Part shown: positions 29,050 to 43,039 of the stretch, in pieces
How the letters are laid out: every line of letters begins with the position of its first letter
Position numbering within the stretch: position 1 is the stretch's first letter
Source of the DNA: Octopus vulgaris
Taxonomy: Eukaryota
Assembly (NCBI GenBank): GCA_951406725.2
Contig: OX597815.1
Span: 103,850,001 to 103,914,000, forward strand
Length of the DNA stretch: 64,000 nucleotides
Direction of reading: 5' to 3'
Notes under the pieces: generated by a model
The model's database searches: none
What the model saw: the letters and a program-made list of their open reading frames with translations, nothing else
What the model was told of the DNA's origin: nothing
Program-made: the position numbers and the translations under genes

Positions 29050-29675
29050 CATCAGTTGCCAACGGTAAGTTGTATAGAAACTATAAGCTTATCGAAATTC
29101 TTCGTAGCTTTGATATGGAAAAAAAGTGTGTAACCCTCGATGCCAATGAATTGTTATTGCACCTTATCGTATTCTGCCCACTTCTTTCATACTAGCAACC
29201 TACTGCTTACAAACTTCCTACATATATATATGATCCCCGGATCATGTGTGTGTGTGCGCGCGCGGATGTGTGTGTGTGTATTTGTGCTTCATATCATTTG
29301 GGTAATAACCTTATTATGTGCATTTCAAAGACCCTAAACGGTCATCGGCTACCATACGCCATCATACATCAATATTACTGTTCTTACTGAATATACTTGT
29401 GAGTATGCGTTAGTGTACGTAGATGGAATGAACAGCATTTTTATCATAAATCACAACTGTTTTAGGGTACTGGTAATAGCGGTTTATTGCGCAGTTTTCC
29501 ACATCATGCTATGTCATAATTATTATATAAATAATATTTATATAATATTTATGTAATAATATGATACGGAAAATCAATTAATGTATGTATGTATGTATGT
29601 ATGTATGTATGTATGTATGTATGAATGAATGAATGTATGTATGTATGTATGCACGTACGTATGTATGCATGTATG

Positions 29676-29706
<31 letters not shown>

Positions 29707-30814
29707 GCCCAGTATGGACGCATAACAAAGTAATTCGCTTCGCAAGAAATACCGGGTTTGATCTCACTGCGTTGAATCTTGGGCGAATGAGAATTTCTCC
29801 AGTGGTGAATTGAAACACTTTTTTTTGTACAAAACTGGATAAACGGAAATTCTACTTATTTAAATGTCGTAGCTTTAGTTATACACCGTGTCACGTTCAT
29901 TGTCTGAGAATTTCGTTAAGGGTACACGAGTCTATAAAATGCTTCGCCAATTACACTTTAATTCAGAAACAGGAAATTCAGTGAATCGAACATGAAAGTT
30001 TCGTCGTCGAACACCGGACATCCACGAACGCATACATGTACACTATACACACACACACACATGCATATATACAACCATACAGGCACACACACACACGCAC
30101 ACACACATACACACACACACATATGCACGTACATAATCACAGAGCCTTCCTTCATCCACACTTTCTACCAACACACATCATGTACATACAATAGCATACA
30201 TCAATCCACTTGCCCAAATACTCATACACACATATCACACTATACACGTGCACTTCGCGTTATAGATATCATGCATATATACATACATTACTACCTACAG
30301 TAACCCACACATTCATTGTCCAAAATAACACACATATACCCACTTAAACTTACTCTTTGGCCACTTTTTCTTCTGATTGATTTTAACTTTCTCTCCTAAG
30401 AATGTTGTCCAACCGTAGCGACCCTTGTTATTCTCCTTTATTATTCTCTGACATAACCATCGTGTCTGTCCATTATAAACTAACTCTTTTCTCAAACTGA
30501 TGTAACCATTGCTATAACCTGTCACCTAAAGATACTGAAATAGGTTTTTAAAAAGTCATATTATAATTGCATATGCGCGCACAAGATAAAACAAAACAAA
30601 CAACACTGTGAACACACATATTCTCGACATATAACATCAGTTAATCAGGTACACAGATCAATACGCACCTCTTAGTCAAACATCTACGTGGGCAGTTTTC
30701 AATAAAAAAAAATGTACTATAAAAAATACATATTCTCACATATACATACACATGCACCAAGAGAGATCTCAGAGGCGAGTTCCTATATCTTGACTCACAT
30801 ACACACGCATCTAC

Positions 30815-31290
30815 CCATCATCATCAGCAGCAGTGGTAGCATCGTCGTCGTCGTCGTCGACCTCGTCGCTGTCGTCGTCATCATCTTATTGATCATCAGC
30901 AGTATTGCCACCATGTTTGCCATCACAACAAAATTAGTCGTCATCCAATTCACTGATATCCTTATAACACCATTTTCACTACTTGTTGTGATAGTCTTCT
31001 TCCTCCTCCTCCTCCTCATCATCATCATCATCATCAACAACAACATTATCATCATCATCATCATCATCGTTTTCATAATCAATATTATCAGCTTTATTAT
31101 GAAGTTCAATGACGATATTGTCATCAACAGATCACGATCATTATCAACTCTAACAACATCGTTATAATTATCATCATGACCCGACACTTCCTCTTCCTCC
31201 TCATCATTATTATAACCATCATCATCACCACAACATCATCATCATCATCATCACTACCATCCTCGTCGTCGTCGAAGACATCATCATCTG
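30815..31290. repeat. Degenerate (CAT/CGT)n trinucleotide region
   Basis: Read directly. Confidence 0.85.
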
Positions 31291-31663
31291 AAGTTGAAAG
31301 GATCATTGTATTGAGCTATAGTCAAAACGTATTTGAATTATTCCTGCACCAGAGCGAACAATGTCATCTTAACCGAGTCAAAGAAATTGTTCTTGGAACT
31401 ATCTAAGTTAATTTTAACCGAAATAGAAGCTCCATATATAATTTGTTTCGCCGCTTTTACTCGAAGCCGGTGTTTCAAAATGTTAAAGATACAATTTACC
31501 ACAAAAATAGGAAATTTTATATAGTACACATGTATGTGAATGATTGTGTCAGTGTTTGTGTGTAAGAATGATCGATATATAAATCAGCGTATGTACGTAT
31601 GATTCTCTAAGCATTTTAAACACACAAACACACACAAACAAGGACACATATGAATACATACAT

Positions 31664-31694
<31 letters not shown>

Positions 31695-31761
31695 ATATAT
31701 AATATATATATCTATATTTATATAAATACATATATAGATATAATATATATATATATATATA

Positions 31762-32350
31762 TCATTATTCAGTTTATTTCAAGATTTCTTACCAATACAG
31801 AAAGATCTGGTTTCTAACCTAGATCAAAGGCTCCTCCGTCATTGGAATTTCAAAAATATCAACAGGGTATTTTTGAATGCATGTATGTATGTATGTATGT
31901 ATGTATGTATGTATGTATGTATGTATGTATGTATGTATGTATGTATGTATGCATGTATGTATGTATGTATGTATGTATGTATGTATGTATGTATGTATAT
32001 GTGCAGATATGTATACTTTCTTTTACGTATGTATTTTCATGCATATGGTTGCGTGTCTAGACATGCTCATATATACTTAAATGATAAACCTCTGGAAAGT
32101 TTTACAGTGAAGGCTAGGATCTGTAGTCTTCGAATCAACTTTCTGATTTTGAGAAGCCTAATTTCTCGAGATTGGTATTTTAGGTAGTGTGTTACATATC
32201 CCAGTGCTCCAATAATTAGCGGTATAAACATGGACATGTAATCTGGATAGATTAAGTGCAGATTTCTCAATAGTTCAGCGTAGGTATTTTCTTTTTTGCC
32301 GATCTTTAGCTTTATCCTAACATCCGCTGGGCAGCTGATTTCCACAACTT
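31762..32350 (-). mobile_element. 3' end of a Dong/R4-like RLE element (endonuclease C-terminus, 3' UTR containing (CATA)n)
   Basis: EISCPAD...KKENTYAEL...FIPLIIGALGYV fits the C-terminal RLE pattern (D/E-x-x-x-P...K...KY...L...P-x-x-x-G-A-L-G). Confidence 0.75.
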
Positions 32351-32884
32351 TACTCAGATTTTTTTATATCTTTGATTTTTTTATATCTTTGAATAAATTA
32401 AGATATGGTAGAAAATGGAATACAAAGGGTCTCTGATATTTTCCTGTAACTTTTACCTGCTTTCCACTGTTCAACAATTAAGTTTTTCACTGAATTTGCG
32501 AGTTCTTTACTTTTCGCCATTATTACAATACTACCTTATGTTGTCTCAATGCTGAATGAAGAAGCTAGTGTTTTGACACTTTAAAATGACAACTGATAAG
32601 ATTATTGGAACAAACGAGAAAGTTCTAGTAAAAAAAAAAAATTATTTTGACAGTATTTTGTGGCATTGAAAATCATAAATTTATTCTGTACGAATATTTT
32701 TTTCATGCCTAAATATTTATAATTGTATATAAATTCATTAGTTGCTATAATTTATTAGTTTCTTTTGCATATTCTTAGTTTATGCATGTGTATGCAAATA
32801 AAGTATTGGTATATCCCATTTATGTTCATTAGAAATTAAATAAAGTGGGGGGAAATATTTATTCCCCCCCCCCTCTAGATGAAC

Positions 32885-32951
<67 letters not shown>

Positions 32952-33041
32952 ATATATGTACGTGTGTGTGTGTAATTAGTTACAAGGATTCAGTAGACTC
33001 TAGGTATATCAAAACGTAGGACGCCAGAAATGGCTAGCTAC

Positions 33042-33281
33042 GGCGAGCTGGCAGAAACATTTGCGCGCGGGCGAAATGCTTTGCAGTATTTCGTCTGCCG
33101 TTACGTTCTGAGTTCAAATTCCGCCGAGGTTGACTTTGCCTTTCATCCTTTCGGGGTCGATAAATTAAGTACCAGTTACGTACTGGGGTTGATGTAATCG
33201 ACTTAATCCCTTTGCTTGTCCTTGTTTGCCCCCTCTATGTTTAGCCCCTTGGGGGGCAATAAAGAAATAAGAAATAAAATA
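33042..33281 (+). mobile_element. SINE family A, full length, with 16-bp TSD
   Basis: TSD agaaatggctagctac at 33026-33041 and 33282-33297; A-rich tail. Confidence 0.93.
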
Positions 33282-34914
33282 AGAAATGGCTAGCTACTGT
33301 AACAAAGTTCACAGCGAGATAAACAACAATGAAACCAATCAAGTGTTGGTAGGATACCGTAGATATGTAAGTACCAAATCCAATTTAAATCGTAAATCGA
33401 AATCTTCCTCAATCCATCAATCTGAATTTCTGGATGACACACAAAGATTATAACAGGGTGATACCACGGAAATTGTCACATACACACTTAGGTCCTTTAT
33501 GAACACTAGTACACCAGAAATTTTCATTCTATGAAATTCAGATGCCACAATGTTGCCTCCTACTTTTAAGGTCTTTATCCATCTCGTTTGAACAGTTTAT
33601 AGTGTCATTTCGTTTTAGTTGTGAGTGTTAAGAGAATTCTGCTTAGAGTGACCCTTCAAGTTAAAGCAGTTTCTTTGGTCAAATAAATTGTTTTTAGCCT
33701 AGTTACAGTGCAATTCTCACCTGCCAAGTGCTCTCGTAAATATTCTAAATAAAATACGTTGTATATATTCAATTATTTCTGAATATCTATATTACATACA
33801 ATAATTAGAAAAGCACTTCTTATTGATGTCTTTATATGTTAAAGTATGTGATGTACAAATTATCTTGTGCTTACAAACTATATTTTGCAGAACATTTCTT
33901 TATATAAAATATCTGAGGAAACGACGCTCCATAATTATGCTTATTAGTGAATATTCTTTGTCCAAAATATGCTCCGGTTTCTTATACCAAACATTGTATA
34001 ATTTGCAGATATCAAGTATTTACGATAGAATATTTAGGCTTCTGTATAATATCGAACAACTTGATATAAATCGACAAAACAATACCATACGAGAAAACCT
34101 ATATATAGTCGCTCGAACTATTAGAACTTTTTTAGGAGTCTACTAAGCAAGAAAATGATGTTTTTTTTAGCTCATTGCCAGACATCTTGCCGGTCAAAGA
34201 GTCAAACCTCCATAGGCATGAACATTAACAAGCTAAAGAGATAATCTATAAATGAGTTGCTATAAAAAGACGTTAAATCTTCCTCTAAAACACAAGAGCG
34301 AACAGGGCAATACAGCCACAGCTATGCAAAAGAACGCGATGGTGACGTACTTGATTATAGGTCTACGGGATCATGTCTGATTCAAGATAAACAATAACAA
34401 TATAAATTGTTCTTGGTGTAAAGCAGAATTTCAAACGTACAAAATGGTATATACGTGATCGATTTGGCTGAGTGAAAAATTCCTAAGTATAAATAAGAAT
34501 TAATATTCTTAAATGTTGAGAGTCTTGGGTTATAATATCACACAAGTAATGGTCTATTATGATCATCATGTTATATTTAGTTTAAACTAATCCTTAATTG
34601 AGCAACCTTTTGTTCAAAAATATAGTCCAGCAGCACGATTCCATAATTCTTTCAGACATGGAGTATCAAGTGTTGCAATCCCAATATGCCTTCCAGATGG
34701 TAACATATGATCTGAAGGTATCTTGGCAGCTATTTCTAAAATTTGGGCAACCAGATACTCCCAAGTTTACTTCATCAGAATGTCGTTGTTGTTCTATATA
34801 TGTTAACTATAATCCTACACACTTTTGAGCATTCTGTCTCTTCTGCTACATATACTTTCCCCAAGACTAAATTTTCAAATATTTCTTTCCTTTAAAAATA
34901 TAGTAGGGTTTGTG

Positions 34915-35113
34915 TGAACCCTTTAACATTCAGATTATTTTGTCAAGTGAAATGCTTATTTGTTTACATTGTCTCGAATTAACGTTCGATGATGTGATTG
35001 TTTATTTTTAGAAAGACATTGTATAGTAGGTGTGAGAGGCCAGATCTGGTTGGTTTAAAAAACATGTGGTATATTTAAGCCGGATATGGCCAGTTCAAAA
35101 GCTAAGGAGTTAA
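34915..35113. mobile_element. MITE with TTAA-type ends (piggyBac-like)
   Basis: Imperfect TIRs: tgaaccctttaacatt ... aaagctaaggagttaa. Confidence 0.6.
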
Positions 35114-35522
35114 ATGAAACTCGGCTGCTATTTCTAGCAAGTGAAACCACTACACAGATGTTTCTTCTTTGGTTGAATGATAGTTTTGATCGTGCTTGAG
35201 GTACTTAAAGTATATCTTCTATTGCTACTTAAAGGCCTTATCTATTTTAACAGCTCAATGTATTAGTGTATGGCTGTGCTTTGCCGCATCAACGTTATTT
35301 ACATGTAATTCGTTATCTTTATCAACGTATTCGTTTTCTGTTCTTCCTTCTTACTTTTTTCTTACATCAGTTTCAATGAGTTTATCACGGCAATTATCTT
35401 TATCGACTTCATTGATTAACATTGTCAACGGTATCACAATTACCCAAATCATTATATCGTCGTCGTTCACCTTCACCTTATCAACGTTGTCATCATCGTC
35501 GTCGTCGTCGTCACCGTAGTCA

Positions 35523-35523
<1 letters not shown>

Positions 35524-35600
<77 letters not shown>

Positions 35601-35601
35601 G

Positions 35602-35633
<32 letters not shown>

Positions 35634-35700
35634 GTCATCGTCATCATCATCATTGTCATCATCGTCATCATCATCATCATCAACATCATCATTATTATCA
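35524..35700. repeat. (CAT)n microsatellite
   Basis: Read directly; it explains the poly-M and poly-S ORFs. Confidence 0.95.
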
Positions 35701-36027
35701 TATCATAACCTTAATGACCACTATCATCTTCCATAACAGCTCCGATACTATCATCACCGTAATCATCATAATCATCAACACAGTCACTATCATCATCGTC
35801 ATCAACATCATATTCTCGTAGTTATTACCGCATGACTATCAATCTTTCCCGAAACATGACGTTTAATGAAAACAGGGTCTTTAAATTTATGTGGTTTCGT
35901 GCTGGGCAATTTTCTCCTACAATTGTCTTGCCAACACACGTTAGTCCTTTTGTGACTTTAAAGAAGCACCCTCTGTTTCAAGTATTCAAGAAAAGTTTCT
36001 TATCCTCACCCAATCATTTTTAGAGAT

Positions 36028-36064
<37 letters not shown>

Positions 36065-36082
36065 TCACACACACACAATTAT

Positions 36083-36705
36083 ATCTTTTTCTCTTTTACT
36101 CGTTTCAACCACGCGACAGCGTTCATGCTGGAGTGCCACCGTGGTCTTTCTGTATGGAGTGTTTCGAATCACGACTCCTGTATTTGCCTTTGTCTCAGAT
36201 GTTAGCCCATTTTGTGTATATTGGATTTTGGTGTTCCGCTGCCCTCGTCTGCTCTTTATGTTGGACTGTTGGATCATCTGGTATTGTGGAGGAGAAAATG
36301 TCTAGTTGCTATTTGAAGATATCTACTTCCACTTATGCAAATTTCTTGATTTTTGTAGCAGGGCATTGAACCCTAGACTATTGCAGTACCTGATCCGGGA
36401 TTTAGATGAAGTGGGTGGTACCTTTTGTACAATACAATGGCGGCCAGTTCTGGTGTTTGTATAATATTCAATGCCGAAGTTAAGTACTAGCCCTTCTAGA
36501 GTTCTCCATATACATATTATTGCATATCCCTCACACGTTCGCACCAGGGAGTTAAATTGCAGTTTTCTCAGCCTATCCCTGTAGCTCATCCACTGCACTG
36601 CTTCAATCTTTTTTAGTGCAGTGGCGCTGGACTGCTTCAAGCTCCGCAGTTAGTTTGGCTCTATATGGTGACCTTAACTGGGAGCAGTAGTCCAGGCGGC
36701 TAACA
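36083..36705 (-). mobile_element. 3' fragment of a second, diverged CR1-group LINE
   Basis: SYRDRLRKL...IWRTLEGLVLNFGIEYYTNTRTGRHC...YCNSLGF aligns by eye with 13100-13330. The 3' UTR and tail are also homologous. Confidence 0.88.
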
Positions 36706-36769
36706 ACAAAGGTTCTCCACAGGGACAACATAATACACACATACATATGTATTCATATATATCTATATC

Positions 36770-36853
<84 letters not shown>

Positions 36854-37056
36854 CAGACACACACATACGTGCATGAGTGTGTGTGAGTGTGATTGCGAGT
36901 GTGTTGTGTGTATTTTACTTGAATATTCAAATATTAAACAAAGGCACCTCCTTCCATGAGAACCATGTGAAATTTCCATTACTCCCACATGTTTCATGCA
37001 AACACCAAGTCTCTTTCTCTCTTTGTCTTCCCCTTTGTCTCTCTCTCCCTCTTTCC

Positions 37057-37089
<33 letters not shown>

Positions 37090-37577
37090 CATCTCTCAGT
37101 TTGTTGTCTTTATAGGCATTTCACTTATTGCCTTTTCCTCAATCCCTCATGCTCCTTCTCTGTAGCTAAAATACTTATTCTGCCTTACTTTCTATCACAG
37201 CCTACGCAGTCAATAGTTCTCAGTCAAGTTCACTATTTCTCCTAATCTTTATATGTTACTGTTTACACCCAGTCACCACCGCGATTACCCCACCCTCATC
37301 ATCTCACCCTCTGCTTCTCGGTTTTTACTTCTTATCCATTTCCTTTCTCTCTCATTTTCCTCTGGGTCTCTGTCTAATTATGTTTAATCTCTTCAAATAT
37401 ACACCTTCGTTATTTTCCCCGCCTTTAAGAAACTCTCTTTTCCTACACTACTCATTATCCGTTTCTATATATTTCCATTCTTCAGCCATATTTTCATGTT
37501 TTCGTTCAAGTTATTCTATTATTCCATATTCTAATGCATCCTCACCTCTCACTCTCTCTTTCTCTCTCTATCTCCCC

Positions 37578-37612
<35 letters not shown>

Positions 37613-38265
37613 CCACGTTCGCACTATATCTCCGTCCCTTTCACGTTCACCTCGATATTATCTGTAAATGATAGTTTCTAAGCATTCTCCTGTTCTACAC
37701 ATGTCGCTGCCTCTACTAGCATATCATTCTTGCCTTCGCACCGTCTCATTCTTTTCGTCTCTTATTTTTCACACCAACTAGTTTGAGGCTATCAGTTTTT
37801 CTATCTGTCTTATTTACCGCCCTGTTTATATCCTTATAAATAAAAATCTAAATTTTCCGAGTTAAAACTCAATAAACATATTAAAATCATCAAATTGACA
37901 AAATTGTTAATTGGAAAAAATAGATTTCCTTAGAAGAAATGCGGTGACCTCATGATACAGATATATTGTACGGTGGTCCTGTAGATGTATACATGGTCGT
38001 AGATGTTTGCGTATAAATAATGGTTAACATTCTTATTTTGTCACTTTGTTACATTTTTGTTCGTATATATTGTTCATACTGTCTTATTTAGTAGAACATG
38101 TTTTGACATACAATACACGCCAGCACACGTATAGAAGTACACACACACACATATGTATGTATGTATGCATGTATGTATGTATGCAGGTATGTATGCTGTA
38201 TGTATAAGTATGTGTGCGTGTGTGTGGGGGGTGCGCGCGTGTATGTATTTCCAGATAAGAAGACA

Positions 38266-38480
38266 ATGATCAGTTACAATTGTTTCCGTATCGATTCTGC
38301 TTTCAACACCAATTCAAGTAAAAGTTCCTAATGATAATTTACGTAATATATGCACTTCTATTAAACATTACTGTAGCACTTCCTCAGATCTGCATCAAAT
38401 GTACGCACTTACAGGCACATTGTAAGGTCTGAGCTGACGTTGGAAGCAGAGTCGGTATAAAAACAATTATAACTAATCAT
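38266..38480. repeat. Hairpin element with about 50-bp imperfect inverted arms
   Basis: atgatcagttacaattgtttccgtatcgattctgctttcaac pairs with gttggaagcagagtcggtataaaaacaattataactaatcat. Confidence 0.75.
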
Positions 38481-38733
38481 GAAGGATGTGTTAAAGTAAT
38501 TCATTATCTTCTTAGTTGGGTCACTCTTCGCTAAACCCACACAAGATTTTGCAATCATGAAAACGGGATATTCTACAGATCAAGAATTTCAATACTAGTC
38601 TGGAATCCAACAGTGCAGATAGCCTAATGTTTGTGTGGAGAACCGCATTGAAAATACCCTATCTTTCTTCTCCTCCAGGGCTTTATATATATATGTATAT
38701 ATGTGTCTGTGTGTGCTATATATATATATAATT

Positions 38734-39125
38734 TTTAAAAGGGTGGTTTATTTGCAATTAGAACGTAAAGGCAAAATTAATAGAGGTCACAAACGTGACA
38801 GAGGGTATTGCTTGGTACCGCTTTTGCTAAAGATAAGAGTTAAACTAACTCAAAGCCAAAAACACAGTCATAAGTGACTGACAAAGGGAGGTATATCCCC
38901 AACGTACATACCCAGATCGTGTTTTCGAATTTTGATGTAGACCATTTTAATCTTCATCTTCATCAGCGGCTCTTAACGCCCATAGTTAAACTCAACTACT
39001 TCTGTCAGTCTTATAAGATAAACCGCTAAAAACGTGCTGATTTCGAAAACGGTAAAAGTGCAAACAACAAATTAAAAAGGGTGGCTTATTAGCAATTAGA
39101 AACTAAAAGCAAAATTAATAGAGGT
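38734..39125 (-). repeat. About 55-bp direct repeat pair (PLE-like partial tandem)
   Basis: aaaagggtggtttatttgcaattagaa...gcaaaattaatagaggt at about 38737-38787 and 39074-39125. A minus-strand CTGATGA lies at 38960-38966. Confidence 0.6.
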
Positions 39126-40064
39126 TGAAAAAGTAACCTATTACGGAAATGTATCTATCAGACGCTAACGTCTAAACCAAACCAATCCACTACCCAAGCA
39201 GTGTGTTTGTTCATGGAATTTTCTGTCAAATATAGTCATCCATATGAATATTTCAGAACTTGTATTTAATTTAATGTGTAAGTTGGTCATTTTCCGTATT
39301 TAATTGACGATGTGCGATATTGGGTAGACATATTTCTCGTTTGTCCCTCTAAGAAATCAGTCTATCATTCACACAGAACATATTCCTAAATCTCTTTTGT
39401 TCCTACGTAAATGTTTATAAATCTAAGTGCATCCATAAGTAACTTATGCGTATATCAATAAATGCATATTTTTTATGTTTATGTATGCATATATATTTAC
39501 ATAGCTCCGAATTTGCTTATTTCTGTATGTAACTCGACATCCATGTTCATGTGTGTGTGTGAGTGTGTGTGTGTATGTGTGTCTGTGTGCATGTGTGCTT
39601 GTGTGTGTGTGTGCATGTAAGTGTACATGGGTATGTGAGCAAATAGATATATAATGACAGACATATAGATATATATAGAGAGAGGTAGACGAAAAGAGAA
39701 GGGATTGTGTACATATAAATGTATATGGGCATGTGTCACATTGATGTTTACATTTGTGTGTGAGGGTGAAGAAGTGCGTTTGTTTATAAAGATTTAAATC
39801 TTTCATTGTTCCATAAATATTCAAATATTGATCCTAACCCTCGCAACACGCAGAAAGATAGACATACATTTTCAATCCGAGGGAATGTTGATATTTTTTT
39901 CGTACATTTTTGAAATTTATTCTTTTCATTCTTCCTCTGCTCCATGTTCTAATTCCTTTTATCTCTTTGTTCTATTCCCCTTGTTGCTTTCTCATAATAC
40001 GTGGCCCTCTTAACCCCACAAATCTTTTTTTCCTTCTCCCTCCCACTTTTATTTCTCTTTATCT

Positions 40065-40104
<40 letters not shown>

Positions 40105-41681
40105 CTTCCATTTTATATTTCTTTGTGACTCAAACCTCTCCTCCGCCTCTTTCTCTCATATAAACTCTCTCACTCCGTCTCCATTTCTTTCAGTCTTCCT
40201 CCTCTGTTTCTATTCTCAACCATCGGTTGCTGCCATCGCCCTCCGGAAGGAACTATCATGCGATCTTGCCTAGAGATAATGTCCAGTTATACGCCACGCG
40301 TGTTTCTGCATGAAATGAAAACACAGCTCACATGATTTGCCTCATTATTGAAGCAAGTGTTTAACGCCATGCTAGTGTTTCCAGCTTTTATTACTTCCAC
40401 TCTAGCTTCGATGACCAATTGCATTAGCTAATTTTGTATCGATCCAAGAATTTTATTCACAATTAATAACAACAAATACACGAACACCTACATACAATAC
40501 AAATGCGCTCGCACGCTCACACACAGTCATAAACGAGCGTATTACCTTCATACCTTTTGTACTTGCACACAAATTTACTGATTCACACTTGATATGGACA
40601 GGAAGACAAATATCCATGATACTAACACTGATAATGACATCTATTGACACATAGTCATATTTCTATTTATCCAACCACATACATATATACCTGTGCGTGT
40701 ATGTATCTGTGTATATATACAAGTATATGAAATCCTGGTAATATTACATCTGATGACGTAAAGTAGTAGGTACATACAATTAGTGAACAGGTTGACTTGC
40801 GACCTCAACTACAACTTGACCTACAACAGAAAATACAGGGACGTTATAGCTGCCTAATGGGGATTGGCTTAAAGAAGTGTATAATAGGAAAAAGAGTATA
40901 AATTGGCAAACAAGTAGTATCATTTGAAATTAGGACATTTATATATTTTAACTTTGACCGAACATGAGATTAGAATTCAATGTTACAAGAGTTTAGATCA
41001 CGAGAAATTGATACAAGATCAGTTGAGGAATGTTACGGTATATGCTAGTATTCTCCCGGAACAGTTATATACGAAGTCTGAATTACTGATATTAAGTAAT
41101 TAATTCTATTGGAATTTACTTCAGATACAATAACCTTGTTATTAATATTTCTAGAGGGTTGGATGGTATTAGCTAAATTAATGTTAGTATTAGTAAATGT
41201 ATTAATATTTAACAGTTTGTTATAATGAGAAGAGATAATTTGCAAGAGATTTTTTTTTTAACTACTTATGACGTTATATCATATAACGTTTTTTTAAACA
41301 ATATTAATAGCGTTCTGTCTATCGCTATACAAATCCATCATTTTTTGCTAAAATGTCTTATTGACCGGTTTCGTTTTTTTCACTTTCCTGAGGAGAAGAT
41401 TGCATTGTTTATACCATTTATTCTTTTGAATAGTATCAGTGGAAACATGTGTCGAAAGTAAAAATATTTTATTACACCTGCGTTAAACTCCATTTATTTA
41501 TTCATATATTATTAAAAATATTCAACGTAAACACGAAGTTTCTACCTTTATAAACAAGGAGTTACAACACCTTTACTTGTGAGATTTTTGCTGCCCTGGT
41601 AACTATTTTTTTTTTCCGTGTTAATTGTTAACAAGGTAAAAATACACTCATCTATATATATATATATATATGCATACATAC

Positions 41682-41714
<33 letters not shown>

Positions 41715-41946
41715 ACGGGAAGCTTTATGAAAATAGACAAAAGACGAAGGCAGGTGGAAAACAAACAAACAATTGTATTAGTATGGCGCTCAGGAAATAT
41801 AAATAAAACAAGTCTTTAACGTTTCGAGCCTACGCTCTTCAACAGAAAGATACACAGAGAAAAAAAACACAGAAAGAAGGAGAGAAAAAATGCGTGCAGT
41901 AACTAACGAATCAACATGGCGATCTGATTTCGGCCAGAAGTCAAAG
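41715..41946 (-). mobile_element. Solo PLE pseudo-LTR in (TA)n, same family as 6130-6322
   Basis: Flanked by TA tracts. It shares the HHR and downstream ctaatac...acctg.cttcgt segments with the Neptune-like copy. Confidence 0.8.
41813..41850 (-). ncRNA. Minimal type I hammerhead motif (CUGUUGA core, loopless palindromic stem III)
   Basis: Minus strand reads ucuuu-CUGUUGA-a-gagc-guag-gcuc-GAAAC-GUU-aaaga, with a 5-bp stem I and a 4-bp stem II. Confidence 0.7.
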
Positions 41947-41959
41947 ATATATATATATC

Positions 41960-42342
41960 GTAAAATAAGAATTCAAAATAGAATCAGATACTTGAAAAGA
42001 TATGCACCAGGTAGGATTGGATAAGCCTATGGTTGGTAAGTATCAAACACGATATCCCTGTTGTGTACTCAGAGTGAACCAACCCTATGAGTATTTAGCG
42101 ACAAGGGGCTGATCCAAAGCACACGTTACGTTGAATTGTACGTCGTTGGTATACTCTAGGGTGTCCAACAAGTTGTAATCCCCTTGGTGTTTTACAATCA
42201 AATTCGATGAATAATTGTCAGTTCATTACAACTGTTTCTTACGTATCTTTTTAAGAGAAGAATGAGAACATTCCTGCATTACAAAAAACCGTAATCATCA
42301 GATGAAACGTAATTTTACAGTTACGGAAGAATTTCCCGATCT
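41960..42342 (-). mobile_element. Naiad-family PLE pseudo-LTR fragment
   Basis: Starts at a TA tract. 42210-42340 is homologous, in inverted orientation, to 44715-44830 at the end of the Naiad-like body. Confidence 0.75.
42222..42306 (-). ncRNA. Type I hammerhead ribozyme with canonical core
   Basis: Minus strand reads uucau-CUGAUGA-uuacg-(46-nt loop)-cguaa-GAAAC-aguu-GUA-augaa. Predicted cut between 42227 and 42226. Confidence 0.85.
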
Positions 42343-42390
42343 AGTCTTTCTCATTCACAAAATGACCCCACTTAATTCTGCTCAGATTGC

Positions 42391-42623
42391 TTTCAATTTT
42401 GGTGTATCGATGCAACTCTGAATTTTGATTACGATCAATGAATTACTTTATCTCGTAAATGAAAGAATCTGATGTTATTTGGAATTAAAGTTGGGAAGTT
42501 TGGGTAATTTTAGCCAATCAACAGACAGCGAGGCATCAACAGCTTGCTACCATGACAACTGCACATTAAGTTGTGTTCCACCTGTATGCTGTGTTGATTC
42601 TTCACACCACAAGATTTACTCCA
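42391..42623 (+). repeat. Dispersed repeat, copy 1 (probable non-autonomous DNA transposon fragment)
   Basis: About 230 bp closely similar to 48147-48381. Confidence 0.85.
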
Positions 42624-43039
42624 CCCGCGTGAACGTACAATCAACAGTATGATGATACATGTTGATTTTATTAGGTATTTCTGTTTATTCAGAAACCTAC
42701 AATGAAGAGATCATTTCACACAATGCTAAACTATAAGTTTCACAGGGCACAACCTTAAAGTTGACACTTCTCTGCCAAACACAGAAAAATACTGTCGCAC
42801 TCTTGGTAAAAATACAGGGGTTTTTTTCAATTTTTAAACCGCTGTAACTTTTTTTCAATTTTTTTCTCCACATCATACCTTCAAAGCAATGAGACTGGAA
42901 AGCTACGTTATTATACATTACTGTCTTTTATAAAATGCATATTTTGCGAATGAAAAAACTAAATCCGAATTTTCTAATTTTTTTGCGTGTTCTTTCCAGT
43001 ATAACTTTGCTGTTATTGTGTATGACAAAGAGAGCATCG

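Noticed and set aside
42158-42190. agggtgtccaacaagttgtaatc as a Tc1/mariner TIR
   Set aside because: No partner TIR was found, and it lies inside the PLE pseudo-LTR fragment.
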